IMG/VR virus record: IMGVR_UViG_3300025924_000017
Location: 32,001 to 96,000 of that record
Reading direction: 5' to 3' (one strand)
Source: a virus
Lineage: Duplodnaviria; Caudoviricetes
Length of the DNA: 64,000 nt
The first letter of the stretch is position 1; every line of letters begins with the position of its first letter. Below, one piece after another: positions 18,129 through 27,116 of this stretch. The notes beneath the pieces were generated by a model. It worked only from the letters and a program-made list of their open reading frames with translations. It searched no databases and was not told the DNA's origin. The position numbers and the translations under genes were made by a program.

Positions 18129-18479
18129 TCATGCGGCGGCGCGCGCCTCGCGTACGACCTCAGCCCATAACGCCTTGCACTCGGCGCGATGCTTCGCCGC
18201 CGCCCCGGGCGTGAACTGGGATTCGAAACTGTCACAGCCCTTCATGAGTTTCCCCAACTGATTGTTGAGCGCGATGGACTCAAAAAGCCCGGTGGTTTTG
18301 TCGCCCGCATTGCGCATGCGGCCCGTGTAGACGATCCAGAGGAAGTCCACGCCCTCAGTTTTGTCATAGGCCGCTTGCCACGCTTCGGGCGTGCCAGCCT
18401 TCACGGCTTCCATGTGGAAGTGTGCGATGGTTTCCGCCAGCACACCCTCACCCAGCAAAAAATCGGCGTGGGACTTCAT
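18129..18479 (-). CDS. hypothetical protein
   Basis: ATGA coupling. Confidence 0.7.
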   Translation of the reverse strand: MKSHADFLLGEGVLAETIAHFHMEAVKAGTPEAWQAAYDKTEGVDFLWIVYTGRMRNAGDKTTGLFESIALNNQLGKLMKGCDSFESQFTPGAAAKHRAECKALWAEVVREARAAA

Positions 18480-18649
18480 GCGGCGGCCTTGTCATACTGG
18501 ATTTTGACGCCGAGACCCTTCGCCTCCCGGTACCACACCGGGTAGATCGAGACCGCTCCCCACGGTTTTGTCTCCGTGACCCAGTAGGTCCACTTCAAGC
18601 GCTCGCTCGGCAACCGCCGATAAGCACGCACCAGAAATTCCGATTTCAT
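18476..18649 (-). CDS. hypothetical protein
   Basis: leader-preceded ATG (MKSEFLVRAY...). Confidence 0.8.
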   Translation of the reverse strand: MKSEFLVRAYRRLPSERLKWTYWVTETKPWGAVSIYPVWYREAKGLGVKIQYDKAAA

Positions 18650-18774
18650 TTGCGACTCCGTGTGTGTTGTTGTGCCGGTCTTATCGCATAAAAGATTTTG
18701 TCCGTCAAGTGTTGACATTCACAAAGCGCCCGGCTATAACCACGCCACAACAACGAACCAACACGGAGTCGCAA
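18650..18774. promoter_or_regulatory. divergent sigma70 promoter pair
   Basis: ttttgtccgtcaagtgTTGACA; GCTATAAC (+), GCGATAAG (-). Confidence 0.85.
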
Positions 18775-19281
18775 GTGAATCACGAACTCAGGATCAAATA
18801 CGGCACTAGCCGCGCCGCCAATACCTACGGTTACGGGCTTGTGAGCCTGTACGACGGCGGTAAGAAAGTCGCGGCCTGCAACGGCGGCGGTTACGACATG
18901 CGCGGGACGGTGTTCGGCGAATGGCTCGAAAAGACCTATCAGGAACGCCTCGTCGCGCTGGCGAAGGCAACCAAGGGCGCATTTGCGCGCGCCAACTGGA
19001 ACGGCGAACTGGGTGACGAGTCGAATTACGTCCGCCTCCCCGCTGATCGCAAGGTCGAGCTTTACGGCGGCACCTATTACGAGAACGGCAGCCGCGAGAG
19101 CGTTCACGGCCGCAAGGGTGCCCAGAAATACATCGCCAAGCCGCCGCATGTGACGTTGGATGGCGGTTGCGGGTTCGAGTCGATTTACCGGATCGCCAAG
19201 GCCATCGGCCTCAACGTCCGCACGGTTGACGCTGGGAAGAAACTCGACATCCTCCTGATCGAGGACACGAAACCCGGGTAA
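18775..19281 (+). CDS. hypothetical protein (GGGYDMRGT...LDGGCG motif)
   Basis: leader with GTG start. Confidence 0.85.
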   Translation: MNHELRIKYGTSRAANTYGYGLVSLYDGGKKVAACNGGGYDMRGTVFGEWLEKTYQERLVALAKATKGAFARANWNGELGDESNYVRLPADRKVELYGGTYYENGSRESVHGRKGAQKYIAKPPHVTLDGGCGFESIYRIAKAIGLNVRTVDAGKKLDILLIEDTKPG

Positions 19282-19359
19282 CAGTTGCGTCACGCCTGCG
19301 CCCTGCGTTCCCAAGACGCGCAGGCTTGACACTCCGGCGGATGCGCCCGCGAAGCCATC

Positions 19360-19410
19360 CGCAAGCCTGCCCCGGCGCTGGATCACTCCGGCGTCGGGGC
19401 TCTTTTTTCT
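19360..19410 (+). terminator. intrinsic terminator
   Basis: GC-rich stem gccccggcgc...gcgtcggggc followed by a T-run. Confidence 0.6.
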
Positions 19411-19462
19411 TGGGATGTTAACCAGTCGCGTCGATTGGTAAACGCGGGTGGCGCGGGCGCGC

Positions 19463-19846
19463 TCAGGTGATCTCGCGCCCGGTGTCGGCACACACGACCG
19501 GCTCATCTTCCTCCGCCATGCAACCGAGCGCCACGACGCGCCAGCCATCGCGCAGATTGAGCCGGACGGCTTCGAGCACGTCGCGCAGGTGTGCGCGGAC
19601 CGCCTCATAGCTCAATATCTCGCCGTCCGAGGTCATGAAGAAACACTCATAGCCGCCGGGCCAAGCGAACTTGCCCGCGCGCAGGGCCGACTTGACCTGC
19701 TGCATCCCTTTCAGGCCCAGAACGAAGTCGCGGCCGTGCACCGCGTAAGCCGCACGCAGCGGCGGCAGCTTGTTCCAGTCCGTGACCCGGGTGTCGTAGA
19801 GATCGCCGCCGGTCGCGACGAACAGGTGATCTGGCAGCTTGCTCAT
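19463..19846 (-). CDS. hypothetical protein (AWPGGY..FFMTSDG family)
   Basis: ATGA-coupled; recurrent phage early-region motif. Confidence 0.75.
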   Translation of the reverse strand: MSKLPDHLFVATGGDLYDTRVTDWNKLPPLRAAYAVHGRDFVLGLKGMQQVKSALRAGKFAWPGGYECFFMTSDGEILSYEAVRAHLRDVLEAVRLNLRDGWRVVALGCMAEEDEPVVCADTGREIT

Positions 19847-20187
19847 AGCAGCACCGTGACCAGTGTCGGCGTGCGCGCTGAGTCCTCTTCCTTGCGGCTG
19901 TCGTAGGGCGTGCGGCCGAGCGCGAACGCCATGACGTCGAACTGTGGGCAATCGCGACCGCCGTTCTTGATGGTCCTGCCACTGTCATGGAAGCACACGT
20001 CCACGCAATCCGCCGGGCCGCCCTTGACATAGGGCTGGAACGCAAACGTCACGCGTTTGCCGTTGCTGAGCTTGGCGGTGATCGTATAGTTGCCATCCGG
20101 AACTTCCACGCACAGATGCGGGTTGGCGTTGAACCCGGCGAAACCCGCCGCGACCGCCTCGTCTTGGGATGCTTCCTTGAAATTCAT
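19843..20187 (-). CDS. hypothetical protein
   Basis: leader-preceded ATG. Confidence 0.8.
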   Translation of the reverse strand: MNFKEASQDEAVAAGFAGFNANPHLCVEVPDGNYTITAKLSNGKRVTFAFQPYVKGGPADCVDVCFHDSGRTIKNGGRDCPQFDVMAFALGRTPYDSRKEEDSARTPTLVTVLL

Positions 20188-20302
20188 TTGCGACTCCGTT
20201 TGTTGTGCGCCTCTTATAGCAGCAATTATTTTGTCCGTCAAGTGTTGACATTCAAAAATGTCCGGGCTATAACGGCCGCAACAAACACAAACGGAGTCGC
20301 AA
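20188..20302. promoter_or_regulatory. divergent sigma70 promoter pair
   Basis: ttattttgtccgtcaagtgTTGACA; GCTATAAC (+), GCTATAAG (-). Confidence 0.9.
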
Positions 20303-20731
20303 ATGGCAAAGCTTTCTGCAAACGGCCGCACGATTGTTGGCAGCATCGATTACATCGCCAGCACAAAGCGCGTCATGTCCGATGGCGTCATTCTGGAGAA
20401 CAAGGGCCACGGCTGGAAGGTCGCGGGCAAGGTGAAGCCGGGCTTCACACCCGAGCAGGCTTTCACGCAGGGCAAGGCCAAGCATGAAGCCACACTCGCC
20501 GCGCGTCCTGCGTTGGCGGCCTATCGCGCCGCCCTGCATGACGCCTGCGGGCTCGCCAAGCGCTGGGCGCTCCACACCGCGATCACCTTGATGCCGGACG
20601 ACCCGGATGGCGTGTGGTCGAACTGCGTGGACAGCTATCCCAAAGTCGATGCGGACCTCGATGACATCGTGAGGCTTTGCGGGCTCTACACCCGCGCCAA
20701 GGCAGAGAAGGAGGAGGCGGCGGTCGCGTAA
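20303..20731 (+). CDS. hypothetical protein
   Basis: leader-preceded ATG. Confidence 0.85.
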   Translation: MAKLSANGRTIVGSIDYIASTKRVMSDGVILENKGHGWKVAGKVKPGFTPEQAFTQGKAKHEATLAARPALAAYRAALHDACGLAKRWALHTAITLMPDDPDGVWSNCVDSYPKVDADLDDIVRLCGLYTRAKAEKEEAAVA

Positions 20732-20817
20732 GCGCCGCCAGCGCGCACGTTTACCAATTGCGGAGATTGGTTACCGCGCGGTATGCGGGCGCGGGGCTCC
20801 AAGCCGCGCCGGTTTGG

Positions 20818-21234
20818 TCAACAATCCGGATCGAAGTCGTGCCACTCCTGCACCTCGTCGGGCTGGCCGTCGTGCTCGTATTCGCCTTCGCCCTCCGGGG
20901 CCAGTAGGGTGGCATCCTGTTCCGGGTCCACGCCAATCTCATGATCGACCGGAAAGCCGCATGAGAAGCCGGACTCGAAGTCCACGCGGATGCAGTGTGC
21001 GCCCTCGTACTCGACTTTCTCGACGGTCTCGAACTCGAACTGGAATTCGGGATGCTCGCTCTTCAGTTGCGGGCTCTCCTCCTTGTTCTCGCACGCGTCG
21101 AAATAAGCTTCGTCGGCGAACCGATCCGCTTCAAGGTCGCAACGCTGGCCGACGCGCAACTGATTCACCCGGCACTTGACGACGCCTTGCCGCTCGACCG
21201 TGTTGACCGTGTTCGATCCGTCGCCCCGGCTCAT
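20818..21234 (-). CDS. acidic protein ending DGQPDEVQEWHDFDPDC
   Basis: ATGA coupling; C-terminal motif common in phage proteins. Confidence 0.75.
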   Translation of the reverse strand: MSRGDGSNTVNTVERQGVVKCRVNQLRVGQRCDLEADRFADEAYFDACENKEESPQLKSEHPEFQFEFETVEKVEYEGAHCIRVDFESGFSCGFPVDHEIGVDPEQDATLLAPEGEGEYEHDGQPDEVQEWHDFDPDC

Positions 21235-21491
21235 TGCACGACCTCCGACGCATCGACAAACACCCAATGGTGCGTTGCCTCAAAGCGAAACAGCGAACGC
21301 GGCTTTTCCGCCAGCGTGCGCAGGTCGCCCTCGGCGAGCATGTCCGGCGTGGCGGTGACCACAAGACACGGCCCCTGACCGCCCGGCACGGACTTGACCG
21401 GCGTTCCCGCCGGGATCGTGAGATCGTAGCCGAATTGCGGCGCGGAACTACCCGGCACCCAGCGCTTCGTGATCGTTTCCTTGATCTGCAT
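21231..21491 (-). CDS. hypothetical protein
   Basis: leader-preceded ATG. Confidence 0.8.
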   Translation of the reverse strand: MQIKETITKRWVPGSSAPQFGYDLTIPAGTPVKSVPGGQGPCLVVTATPDMLAEGDLRTLAEKPRSLFRFEATHHWVFVDASEVVQ

Positions 21492-21724
21492 TTGCGACTC
21501 CGTTTTTCGTTTTCAGTGACGCCCTTATAGCCGAAAGAAATTTGTCCGTCAAGTGTTGACAATTCAAAATCGTTCGGCTATATCTATGCACGACACGGGG
21601 ATGGGGCCGTACGGTAAGCCCCTGCGGCGCGGAAGACGCCAAGGCCCCCGGTGCTGGTCCCACGGAAAGACCAACGGCAAGGGGTTCACCGGCCCCGCGC
21701 CCAAAAGATTGAACGGAGTCGCAA
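21492..21724. promoter_or_regulatory. divergent promoter pair with an extra structured ~125-nt + strand leader
   Basis: core at 21537-21561; GCTATATC (+), GCTATAAG (-); hairpins in 21603-21696. Confidence 0.8.
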
Positions 21725-21967
21725 ATGAGCATTTCCCTGAATACCAACCTCACCGACGCGGGCGTCGTTTGCACTTTCGCCGACACCGGCGAATATGCAG
21801 GCATCGTGCGCTCCTCGATCACCAAAGGCGGCGGGATTGAGTGGCTGGCTTGCCCGGCCTTCGGCTTCGGCGTGAACCAGTTGTTCAGCGATCTGATAGC
21901 CGCCGAGTACCTGATCCTCGCATGGGCCATCGAAGCCCGCGCGAAGTCGCTGAGCGTGGCGGGCTGA
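21725..21967 (+). CDS. hypothetical protein
   Basis: leader-preceded ATG. Confidence 0.8.
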   Translation: MSISLNTNLTDAGVVCTFADTGEYAGIVRSSITKGGGIEWLACPAFGFGVNQLFSDLIAAEYLILAWAIEARAKSLSVAG

Positions 21968-21968
21968 T

Positions 21969-22160
21969 ATGGGCACGTGGCTGGACGACCTCAAGAAGAC
22001 CGATCCGGCACTCGCCGCCGACTGGGCGATTGTCGGCAACCAGAGCAGGGCTTCGCTGCGCAACATGGTCCGCGCGCTCGAAATCATGCCGCGCCTGAAT
22101 ACCGACGAGGACAACAAGCGGCTCGCCGCCGCTAAGCGCATCCTCAAGGCTAAGAGCTAA
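21969..22160 (+). CDS. hypothetical protein
   Basis: abuts upstream stop. Confidence 0.7.
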   Translation: MGTWLDDLKKTDPALAADWAIVGNQSRASLRNMVRALEIMPRLNTDEDNKRLAAAKRILKAKS

Positions 22161-22284
22161 CCGCCCGCGACGGCCAAGCGGGCAACCGGGACTTGTGGCG
22201 CGGTGCAGCACCGATCCGCGCCTGCCCGGCAGCTTACCCACACGTTTACCAATTGCCGCTATTGGTTACCGGCCCGTGAACGCC

Positions 22285-22509
22285 TCACACGTTCGCGGAG
22301 TCGTCGAACGCGTGAGGGTTGACGTGCGACGGATCGACCGACGCATGAAAGACGACCGTGTCGCCCGGCATGATCTCAGCGACCGCGCGCGCATCGTAGC
22401 GGCGGTGGATGAAGTCCGGCGCACCGAACACACGGCGCGCCGCCTCAAAGTGGGCGTCCTTGCCCTGATCGGGATGCACGACGCCGATGAAATGAACCGC
22501 GCTCTTCAT
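22285..22509 (-). CDS. hypothetical protein (RVFGAPDFIHRRYD motif)
   Basis: ATGA coupling. Confidence 0.7.
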   Translation of the reverse strand: MKSAVHFIGVVHPDQGKDAHFEAARRVFGAPDFIHRRYDARAVAEIMPGDTVVFHASVDPSHVNPHAFDDSANV

Positions 22510-22733
22510 GCTGCTTTCTCCCGTAATTGCATCAACAGGCGTTGCGCCACACGCATCTCGCGGCCGTGACGATACGCGCCCGGAACGGTGGTGCATTCGT
22601 CGTCTAGGGCGGCGCTTGCCGCTTTCAGGGCTTCAGCGCCGAACTCTTTGAGAATGGAGTCCAGCGCGGCATCTCTGGCTTGGATGCACTCACCTGCTTC
22701 GCGTATCGCCTTGTCGCTCCAATCGTGACTCAT
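22506..22733 (-). CDS. hypothetical protein
   Basis: coupled within operon. Confidence 0.7.
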   Translation of the reverse strand: MSHDWSDKAIREAGECIQARDAALDSILKEFGAEALKAASAALDDECTTVPGAYRHGREMRVAQRLLMQLREKAA

Positions 22734-22734
22734 C

Positions 22735-22947
22735 CTAGTTCACCCGGATGGTTTCGACGTACGCGGCGATCTTGTCGCCAAGCACCGCATCCGTGATCGC
22801 CGGGTCAGCCGCGATGGCAGCCTCGCCGACGCGAAAGATTTTGGGAATGTCCATGATGCCGATCTGGACACCGCCGCACCGCGCGTTATAGGCGCGGTCG
22901 ATGCGGGCCTCGTTGATCTTTTCCTGCTTCGACTGTCTCTTGGGCAT
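22735..22947 (-). CDS. hypothetical protein
   Basis: leader-preceded ATG. Confidence 0.8.
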   Translation of the reverse strand: MPKRQSKQEKINEARIDRAYNARCGGVQIGIMDIPKIFRVGEAAIAADPAITDAVLGDKIAAYVETIRVN

Positions 22948-23068
22948 TTGCGACTCCGTTGTGGTTTGTTTGATTGTGACGCTGTTCTAGCATGGATTAT
23001 TTTGTCCGTCAAGTGTTGACATTCACAAAACGACCGGCTATAACAGCAGCACAACAACGGAGTCGCAA
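22948..23068. promoter_or_regulatory. divergent sigma70 promoter pair
   Basis: ttattttgtccgtcaagtgTTGACA; GCTATAAC (+), GCTAGAAC (-). Confidence 0.9.
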
Positions 23069-23308
23069 ATGAACCCTGAAGTGGATTTTGATTTTCACCA
23101 GAGCTTTTCGCTCACGATGGTCTACTGCATGAACCCGAACGCCTTGGCGCATATGCAGGAGCACACCGGCGACGAAGCCCAGTGGATGGGCGACGGCATC
23201 GCCGTCGAGAACCGCTATGCACCGGACCTGAGCGCCGAACTTTGCCGCGCAGGCTTCACGGTCGGACTGCCGGACGGTCGCGTCGTGACGGCGGAGGACC
23301 TGCGCTAA
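23069..23308 (+). CDS. hypothetical protein
   Basis: leader-preceded ATG. Confidence 0.8.
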   Translation: MNPEVDFDFHQSFSLTMVYCMNPNALAHMQEHTGDEAQWMGDGIAVENRYAPDLSAELCRAGFTVGLPDGRVVTAEDLR

Positions 23309-23784
23309 TGAACGAGCGCATCGAATTCGTGCGGGCCTACATCGCCGTGCAATGCACCGCGCCGGACGGCACGACCGGGGACTTTCTGTTCCGGAAGAAT
23401 GACAAGGGCGAGCGTGAACTGATCTCGCCCGTGTTCGCGGACCTGTCACCGCTGCATGACTGGCTGGAAATGAACGGTTGGGAACAGGAATCGTTTGACT
23501 CGCTGCATCCTGTTGGCGTGTTCCGCCGCGATCCGGATTACTGGTATCACAACAGCAACGAACTCCAGTGCGAGCGCATTTTCCGGACGGACGGCGGCAT
23601 CGTGAAATTGGACCACGGCGTCCCCGGCGATGGCACGCGGTGGCGTGTCGCGGACTGGACCGGCAAGAAGTTCGAGCACGATACGGGCTGGGCCTATTAC
23701 GAGAACACGATAGAGCCTTGCGATCTGATCGACCGTTTGCCAGACGATTGGGACAAGAAACAGCCTCGCAAAACGGCAGGCTGA
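23308..23784 (+). CDS. hypothetical protein
   Basis: TAATG coupling. Confidence 0.75.
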   Translation: MNERIEFVRAYIAVQCTAPDGTTGDFLFRKNDKGERELISPVFADLSPLHDWLEMNGWEQESFDSLHPVGVFRRDPDYWYHNSNELQCERIFRTDGGIVKLDHGVPGDGTRWRVADWTGKKFEHDTGWAYYENTIEPCDLIDRLPDDWDKKQPRKTAG

Positions 23785-23790
23785 GGCGAC

Positions 23791-23822
23791 CGGCGCGGGA
23801 GATTGCGACTCTCCCCGCGCCG
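23791..23822. terminator. hairpin with TTGCGAC loop
   Basis: cggcgcgggaga-ttgcgac-tctccccgcgccg; identical copy at 24982-25013. Confidence 0.75.
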
Positions 23823-23989
23823 TGTTCGCGACCGCCTTAACCAATTGCGGCGACTGGTTAATACGAGGCTGGAAACAGACGGCGGATCGCAAGTCCGGAT
23901 GCGCCCCGGAAGTTCCGGGCTGGTGGGCTGTCTCCCACGAGGTGCACCTTACAACCGCCGTCTCAACTGATGCACACACCCTAGCGCAG

Positions 23990-24063
23990 GAAAGCTTTAT
24001 TGTCAACCCTTGACAGACGAAATAATCCCCGCTATAAGAGCGCCACAACCAACGGAGTCGCAA
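23990..24063 (+). promoter_or_regulatory. promoter core in inverted orientation
   Basis: tgtcaaccc TTGACAgacgaaataa...GCTATAAG is the reverse complement of the usual core. Confidence 0.8.
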
Positions 24064-24756
24064 ATGTCCGAACACATCGCACACACCGAGCACGACGAGG
24101 AAACCGGCGTCACGCTCAAAATCATCAACGATCCGCATGGCAGCGAGTCGCCCCTCGAACACGATAGCGCGGTGATCTTCGCGGTCCTGCACCGGCGGTA
24201 CATCAACCCGGCGAAAGACGCGGCTGCGTACAAGCGCAACGGCGACTCTTACGACTTCACCACGGTCGAAGGCATTGCGGAATTCGAGAAGGCGAACGGC
24301 GCGATCAACGCGCAGTGGGCCGTGTTCCCGTTGTTCATGTACGATCATTCGGGCACGATCTACAGCGCCAGTTCCGGAGCCAATCCGTTCCACTGTCCAT
24401 GGGACTCGGGCCGCGTCGGTATTATCGCGCTTAAGAAGAGCGAAGTCGGTAAGCCCGGCAAGAAAGTCCGCAACGCCAAGCGCGAAGTGGTCTACACCGT
24501 AGGCAGCTATCTGGAACAGGCGCAAGCCGTCGCCAAGAACTACACCGACTGGGCCAACGGCAACATTTGGGGCTATGTGGTCGAAGACGCGGACGGCGAG
24601 CACATCGACTCGTGTTGGGGCTTCATCGGCGATCACGACGACGAACACCTGATGGCAGAAGCCCACAGCGCCTATCACGACGCGATCAAGGACGCGAACG
24701 CGGCGAACGCCCGCGACCTCGAAGCCGACCGCGCCGATATGTATGCGGGGGCGTGA
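24064..24756 (+). CDS. conserved MGE protein (MYDHSG...CPWDSG...DSCWGF family), function unknown
   Basis: leader-preceded ATG; motif recurrent in phages and plasmids. Confidence 0.85.
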   Translation: MSEHIAHTEHDEETGVTLKIINDPHGSESPLEHDSAVIFAVLHRRYINPAKDAAAYKRNGDSYDFTTVEGIAEFEKANGAINAQWAVFPLFMYDHSGTIYSASSGANPFHCPWDSGRVGIIALKKSEVGKPGKKVRNAKREVVYTVGSYLEQAQAVAKNYTDWANGNIWGYVVEDADGEHIDSCWGFIGDHDDEHLMAEAHSAYHDAIKDANAANARDLEADRADMYAGA

Positions 24757-24965
24757 TGGCGAAGCCACGGCGGCAGACGCTATGGAGCTACACGGTCGCG
24801 GCGACGGGCCAGACTATCGAGCCCGTCAACCTCTACCTGCTTCCCGGCGTGCGCTACGCCCTGCGCGCGCTTCACGGCGCGGACGGCTTCAGCGAGCGCC
24901 TCTTAGGTCAAGGCCGCCTCATGAGTGACGGCACTGTGACCGACCTGATACCGCCGCCGGGTTGA
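24756..24965 (+). CDS. hypothetical protein
   Basis: TGATG coupling. Confidence 0.6.
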   Translation: MAKPRRQTLWSYTVAATGQTIEPVNLYLLPGVRYALRALHGADGFSERLLGQGRLMSDGTVTDLIPPPG

Positions 24966-24981
24966 CCGGCGACGTGGCGAC

Positions 24982-25013
24982 CGGCGCGGGAGATTGCGAC
25001 TCTCCCCGCGCCG
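24982..25013. terminator. hairpin with TTGCGAC loop (copy 2)
   Basis: identical to 23791-23822, followed by tttcgctt. Confidence 0.75.
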
Positions 25014-25141
25014 TTTCGCTTAAGAGGCCTTAACCAATTGGCGTGATCGGTTAACGTTGATAGCGCGGATTATTTTGTCCGTCAAGTGTTGACAATCAAA
25101 AATCTCTGTGCGATAAGACGCCCACAAACACGGAGTCGCAA

Positions 25142-25375
25142 ATGAAGCCGATCACGAGAATAGCAACGTTCGACGGAAAAGAGCACCGCGATGCACTCGC
25201 AGCAGAGCGCCACCTAGACGAGGAATTCGGTCGGCGCGTGTCGGCGCTCGGTCACAAGTTCGCGCCTGCGGGTGTGAAGTACAGCGAGTTCCACAAGCTG
25301 GTCGAGGAGAACCTGCACGTGTTCGCAGAGCTTCTCCGGATCAAGGCCGACTTGAAAATCGAGGAGGAGGATTGA
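25142..25375 (+). CDS. hypothetical protein
   Basis: promoter core 25071-25094 plus leader. Confidence 0.8.
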   Translation: MKPITRIATFDGKEHRDALAAERHLDEEFGRRVSALGHKFAPAGVKYSEFHKLVEENLHVFAELLRIKADLKIEEED

Positions 25376-25588
25376 ATGGCGCACGAATGGAAGCGCTGCG
25401 GACTCCTGCGGTTTGACTCCGGGGTCCGCACGGTGTGGAAAAGACCGCGCGATGATCGAGAATCGGGGTTTGTGTTCCAGTCCACACGCAACCCCGATAT
25501 TGAACCCGCCCCCGGCTGCGGCGGGTATTACGACGCGCACGGCATGGCGAGGTCCGCCGGTGGGCGGTTGGAATTGACAGAGGATTGA
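25376..25588 (+). CDS. hypothetical protein
   Basis: abuts upstream stop. Confidence 0.6.
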   Translation: MAHEWKRCGLLRFDSGVRTVWKRPRDDRESGFVFQSTRNPDIEPAPGCGGYYDAHGMARSAGGRLELTED

Positions 25589-25603
25589 GGGCCGATCAGG
25601 TCC

Positions 25604-25640
25604 CGCGCCCGCCGCCGATTGCGACCCGGCGGCGGGCGCG
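25604..25640. terminator. 14-bp hairpin with ATTGCGACC loop between convergent genes
   Basis: cgcgcccgccgccg-attgcgacc-cggcggcgggcgcg then ttt. Confidence 0.75.
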
Positions 25641-25693
25641 TTTGCGTTGGTCGCGTTAACCAGTCACCGCAATTGGTAAACGCGCGCGCCGCC

Positions 25694-25840
25694 CTACCTC
25701 GGCGCGATCTCACCCAGCCGCTTGAGCCAGCCCTGCGTGTTGAACCACGCGCACACGGTTGGCATGAACCAAAGGCGCGAGCTTTGGCCGCTGTTCTGAA
25801 ATGCGGCTTCCCACATGATCGCCTGACCGAGGTGCTTCAT
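25694..25840 (-). CDS. small hypothetical protein
   Basis: MKHLGQAIMWEAAF...; ATGA-coupled to upstream gene. Confidence 0.55.
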   Translation of the reverse strand: MKHLGQAIMWEAAFQNSGQSSRLWFMPTVCAWFNTQGWLKRLGEIAPR

Positions 25841-26175
25841 GCAACCACCCCGGCCAGAATTCCATCCGCCAGCGCCGCACGCTTTGCGCGCATCGTGTGC
25901 GCCGGATCGTGGTCCGAAATGTAGGCCGCGAAGTAGCGCTCGTCGAACTTGAAAAAGCCAAGCCGCACGTCGGCCGTGGTCGCCTCGCAGATGGCGAAGC
26001 CCACGCTCGTGTAGTGCATCGGCGGCAGCATTTCGAGAAAGTACCAGTAGGTTTCCTCGTCTACTTCCACAAACCCGGCGAGCAGCCGGGCGCGGTCGAA
26101 GCGCTGGGCATGCGGAAGCTCCGGATTGAGCCAGCCGTAAAACCCGTCCTTATCGAATTTGCCTTCGAACTTCAT
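25837..26175 (-). CDS. DUF1419-like protein
   Basis: EVDEETYWYFLEMLPPM motif; leader-preceded. Confidence 0.6.
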   Translation of the reverse strand: MKFEGKFDKDGFYGWLNPELPHAQRFDRARLLAGFVEVDEETYWYFLEMLPPMHYTSVGFAICEATTADVRLGFFKFDERYFAAYISDHDPAHTMRAKRAALADGILAGVVA

Positions 26176-26291
26176 TTGCGACTCCGTTTGTTTGCAGGCA
26201 CCTTATCGCATAAAACATTTTGTCTGTCAACAGTTGACAATTCAAATTCTGCCGTGCTATAGAGGCGGCACAAACAGAAACGGAGTCGCAA
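26176..26291. promoter_or_regulatory. divergent sigma70 promoter pair
   Basis: ttttgtctgtcaacagTTGACA; GCTATAGA (+), GCGATAAG (-). Confidence 0.85.
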
Positions 26292-26684
26292 ATGAAGTAT
26301 GCAGTCAATGAACAAGGGCAGGTCACCTGCGACGGCGAGCCTATGCTCGTACTCGCGCAGGCCGTTTGGGGCGATGGTGCGCCGAGCGCCGCCGCCCGGG
26401 ATGTTGCCCAGCAGCGCGCCAAAGACGCTTTCAAGGCGCTGGAGTTGATCGAACGCCTCGCCCGCATGGGTTTTTACGCCTACCCGGACGGCGAAAGCTT
26501 TTCCGACGCGCAGGCCGAAGACGCGCTGGTCGTGCTCAACCAGATGATCGAGAACGCGCGCAAGCTTGCCCCGGATGCAGTCCCCGGCCCATATATCACG
26601 ACCGGGCACGACCTCGACGGCGACGGGCCTTGGTATGCGCCGGGCATCGGCGAAGTCGAAGCCCCGCAGGAGGATCAGCCATGA
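26292..26684 (+). CDS. hypothetical protein
   Basis: leader-preceded ATG. Confidence 0.8.
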   Translation: MKYAVNEQGQVTCDGEPMLVLAQAVWGDGAPSAAARDVAQQRAKDAFKALELIERLARMGFYAYPDGESFSDAQAEDALVVLNQMIENARKLAPDAVPGPYITTGHDLDGDGPWYAPGIGEVEAPQEDQP

Positions 26685-26749
26685 TCTAGCACGACGGCGA
26701 AGTCCTCGACCTCGGTTTGCGTTCCACAGCGGAACGCCGACCGGGCTGA
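26681..26749 (+). pseudogene. relic paralogue of 27271..27429
   Basis: MI*HDGEVLDL vs MPYHDGEVLGL (TAG in place of TAC) plus shared cgccgaccggg. Confidence 0.6.
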
Positions 26750-26829
26750 GGCCCTTAACCAATTACCGCAACCGGTTAACGCCCGCGACGAGAGAGGGCA
26801 GCGCGGCCTTACGACCGCGCTGGACCTCC

Positions 26830-26994
26830 TCACTCCATTTCCTCTGCCCCATCCTGCACCGTGTGCGCGGTAATGTCGTAACGCTCTAGTTGCGCGTTCA
26901 CGGCATCCATTGCAGCACCGACGCCGGTCTCTGCTTCGCTCCTTGAGTCCGCCGCGATCACGAACGCGACCGTAACAATGAACTGTTTTCCCAT
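26830..26994 (-). CDS. small hypothetical protein (54 aa)
   Basis: leader-preceded MGKQFIVTVAFVIAADS... Confidence 0.75.
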   Translation of the reverse strand: MGKQFIVTVAFVIAADSRSEAETGVGAAMDAVNAQLERYDITAHTVQDGAEEME

Positions 26995-27116
26995 TTGCGA
27001 CTCCGTTGTTTGTTTTCAGTACGGTTGGTATAGCACGACGGATTCTAAAATGTCAACACTTGACGGACAGAATAATTTGTGCGATAAGGTTCGCACAACA
27101 ACCAACGGAGTCGCAA
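26995..27116. promoter_or_regulatory. divergent promoter pair, core inverted
   Basis: tgtcaacacTTGACGgacagaataa is the reverse complement of the core; GCGATAAG (+), GCTATACC (-). Confidence 0.85.

Noticed and set aside
24010-24063. ORF-track starts upstream of leaders (e.g. MSTLDGQ..., MTDEIIPAIRAP...TESQM)
   Set aside because: These are readings through the promoter core. The recurring TESQM is just the CGGAGTCGCAAATG leader, and the true start is its ATG.
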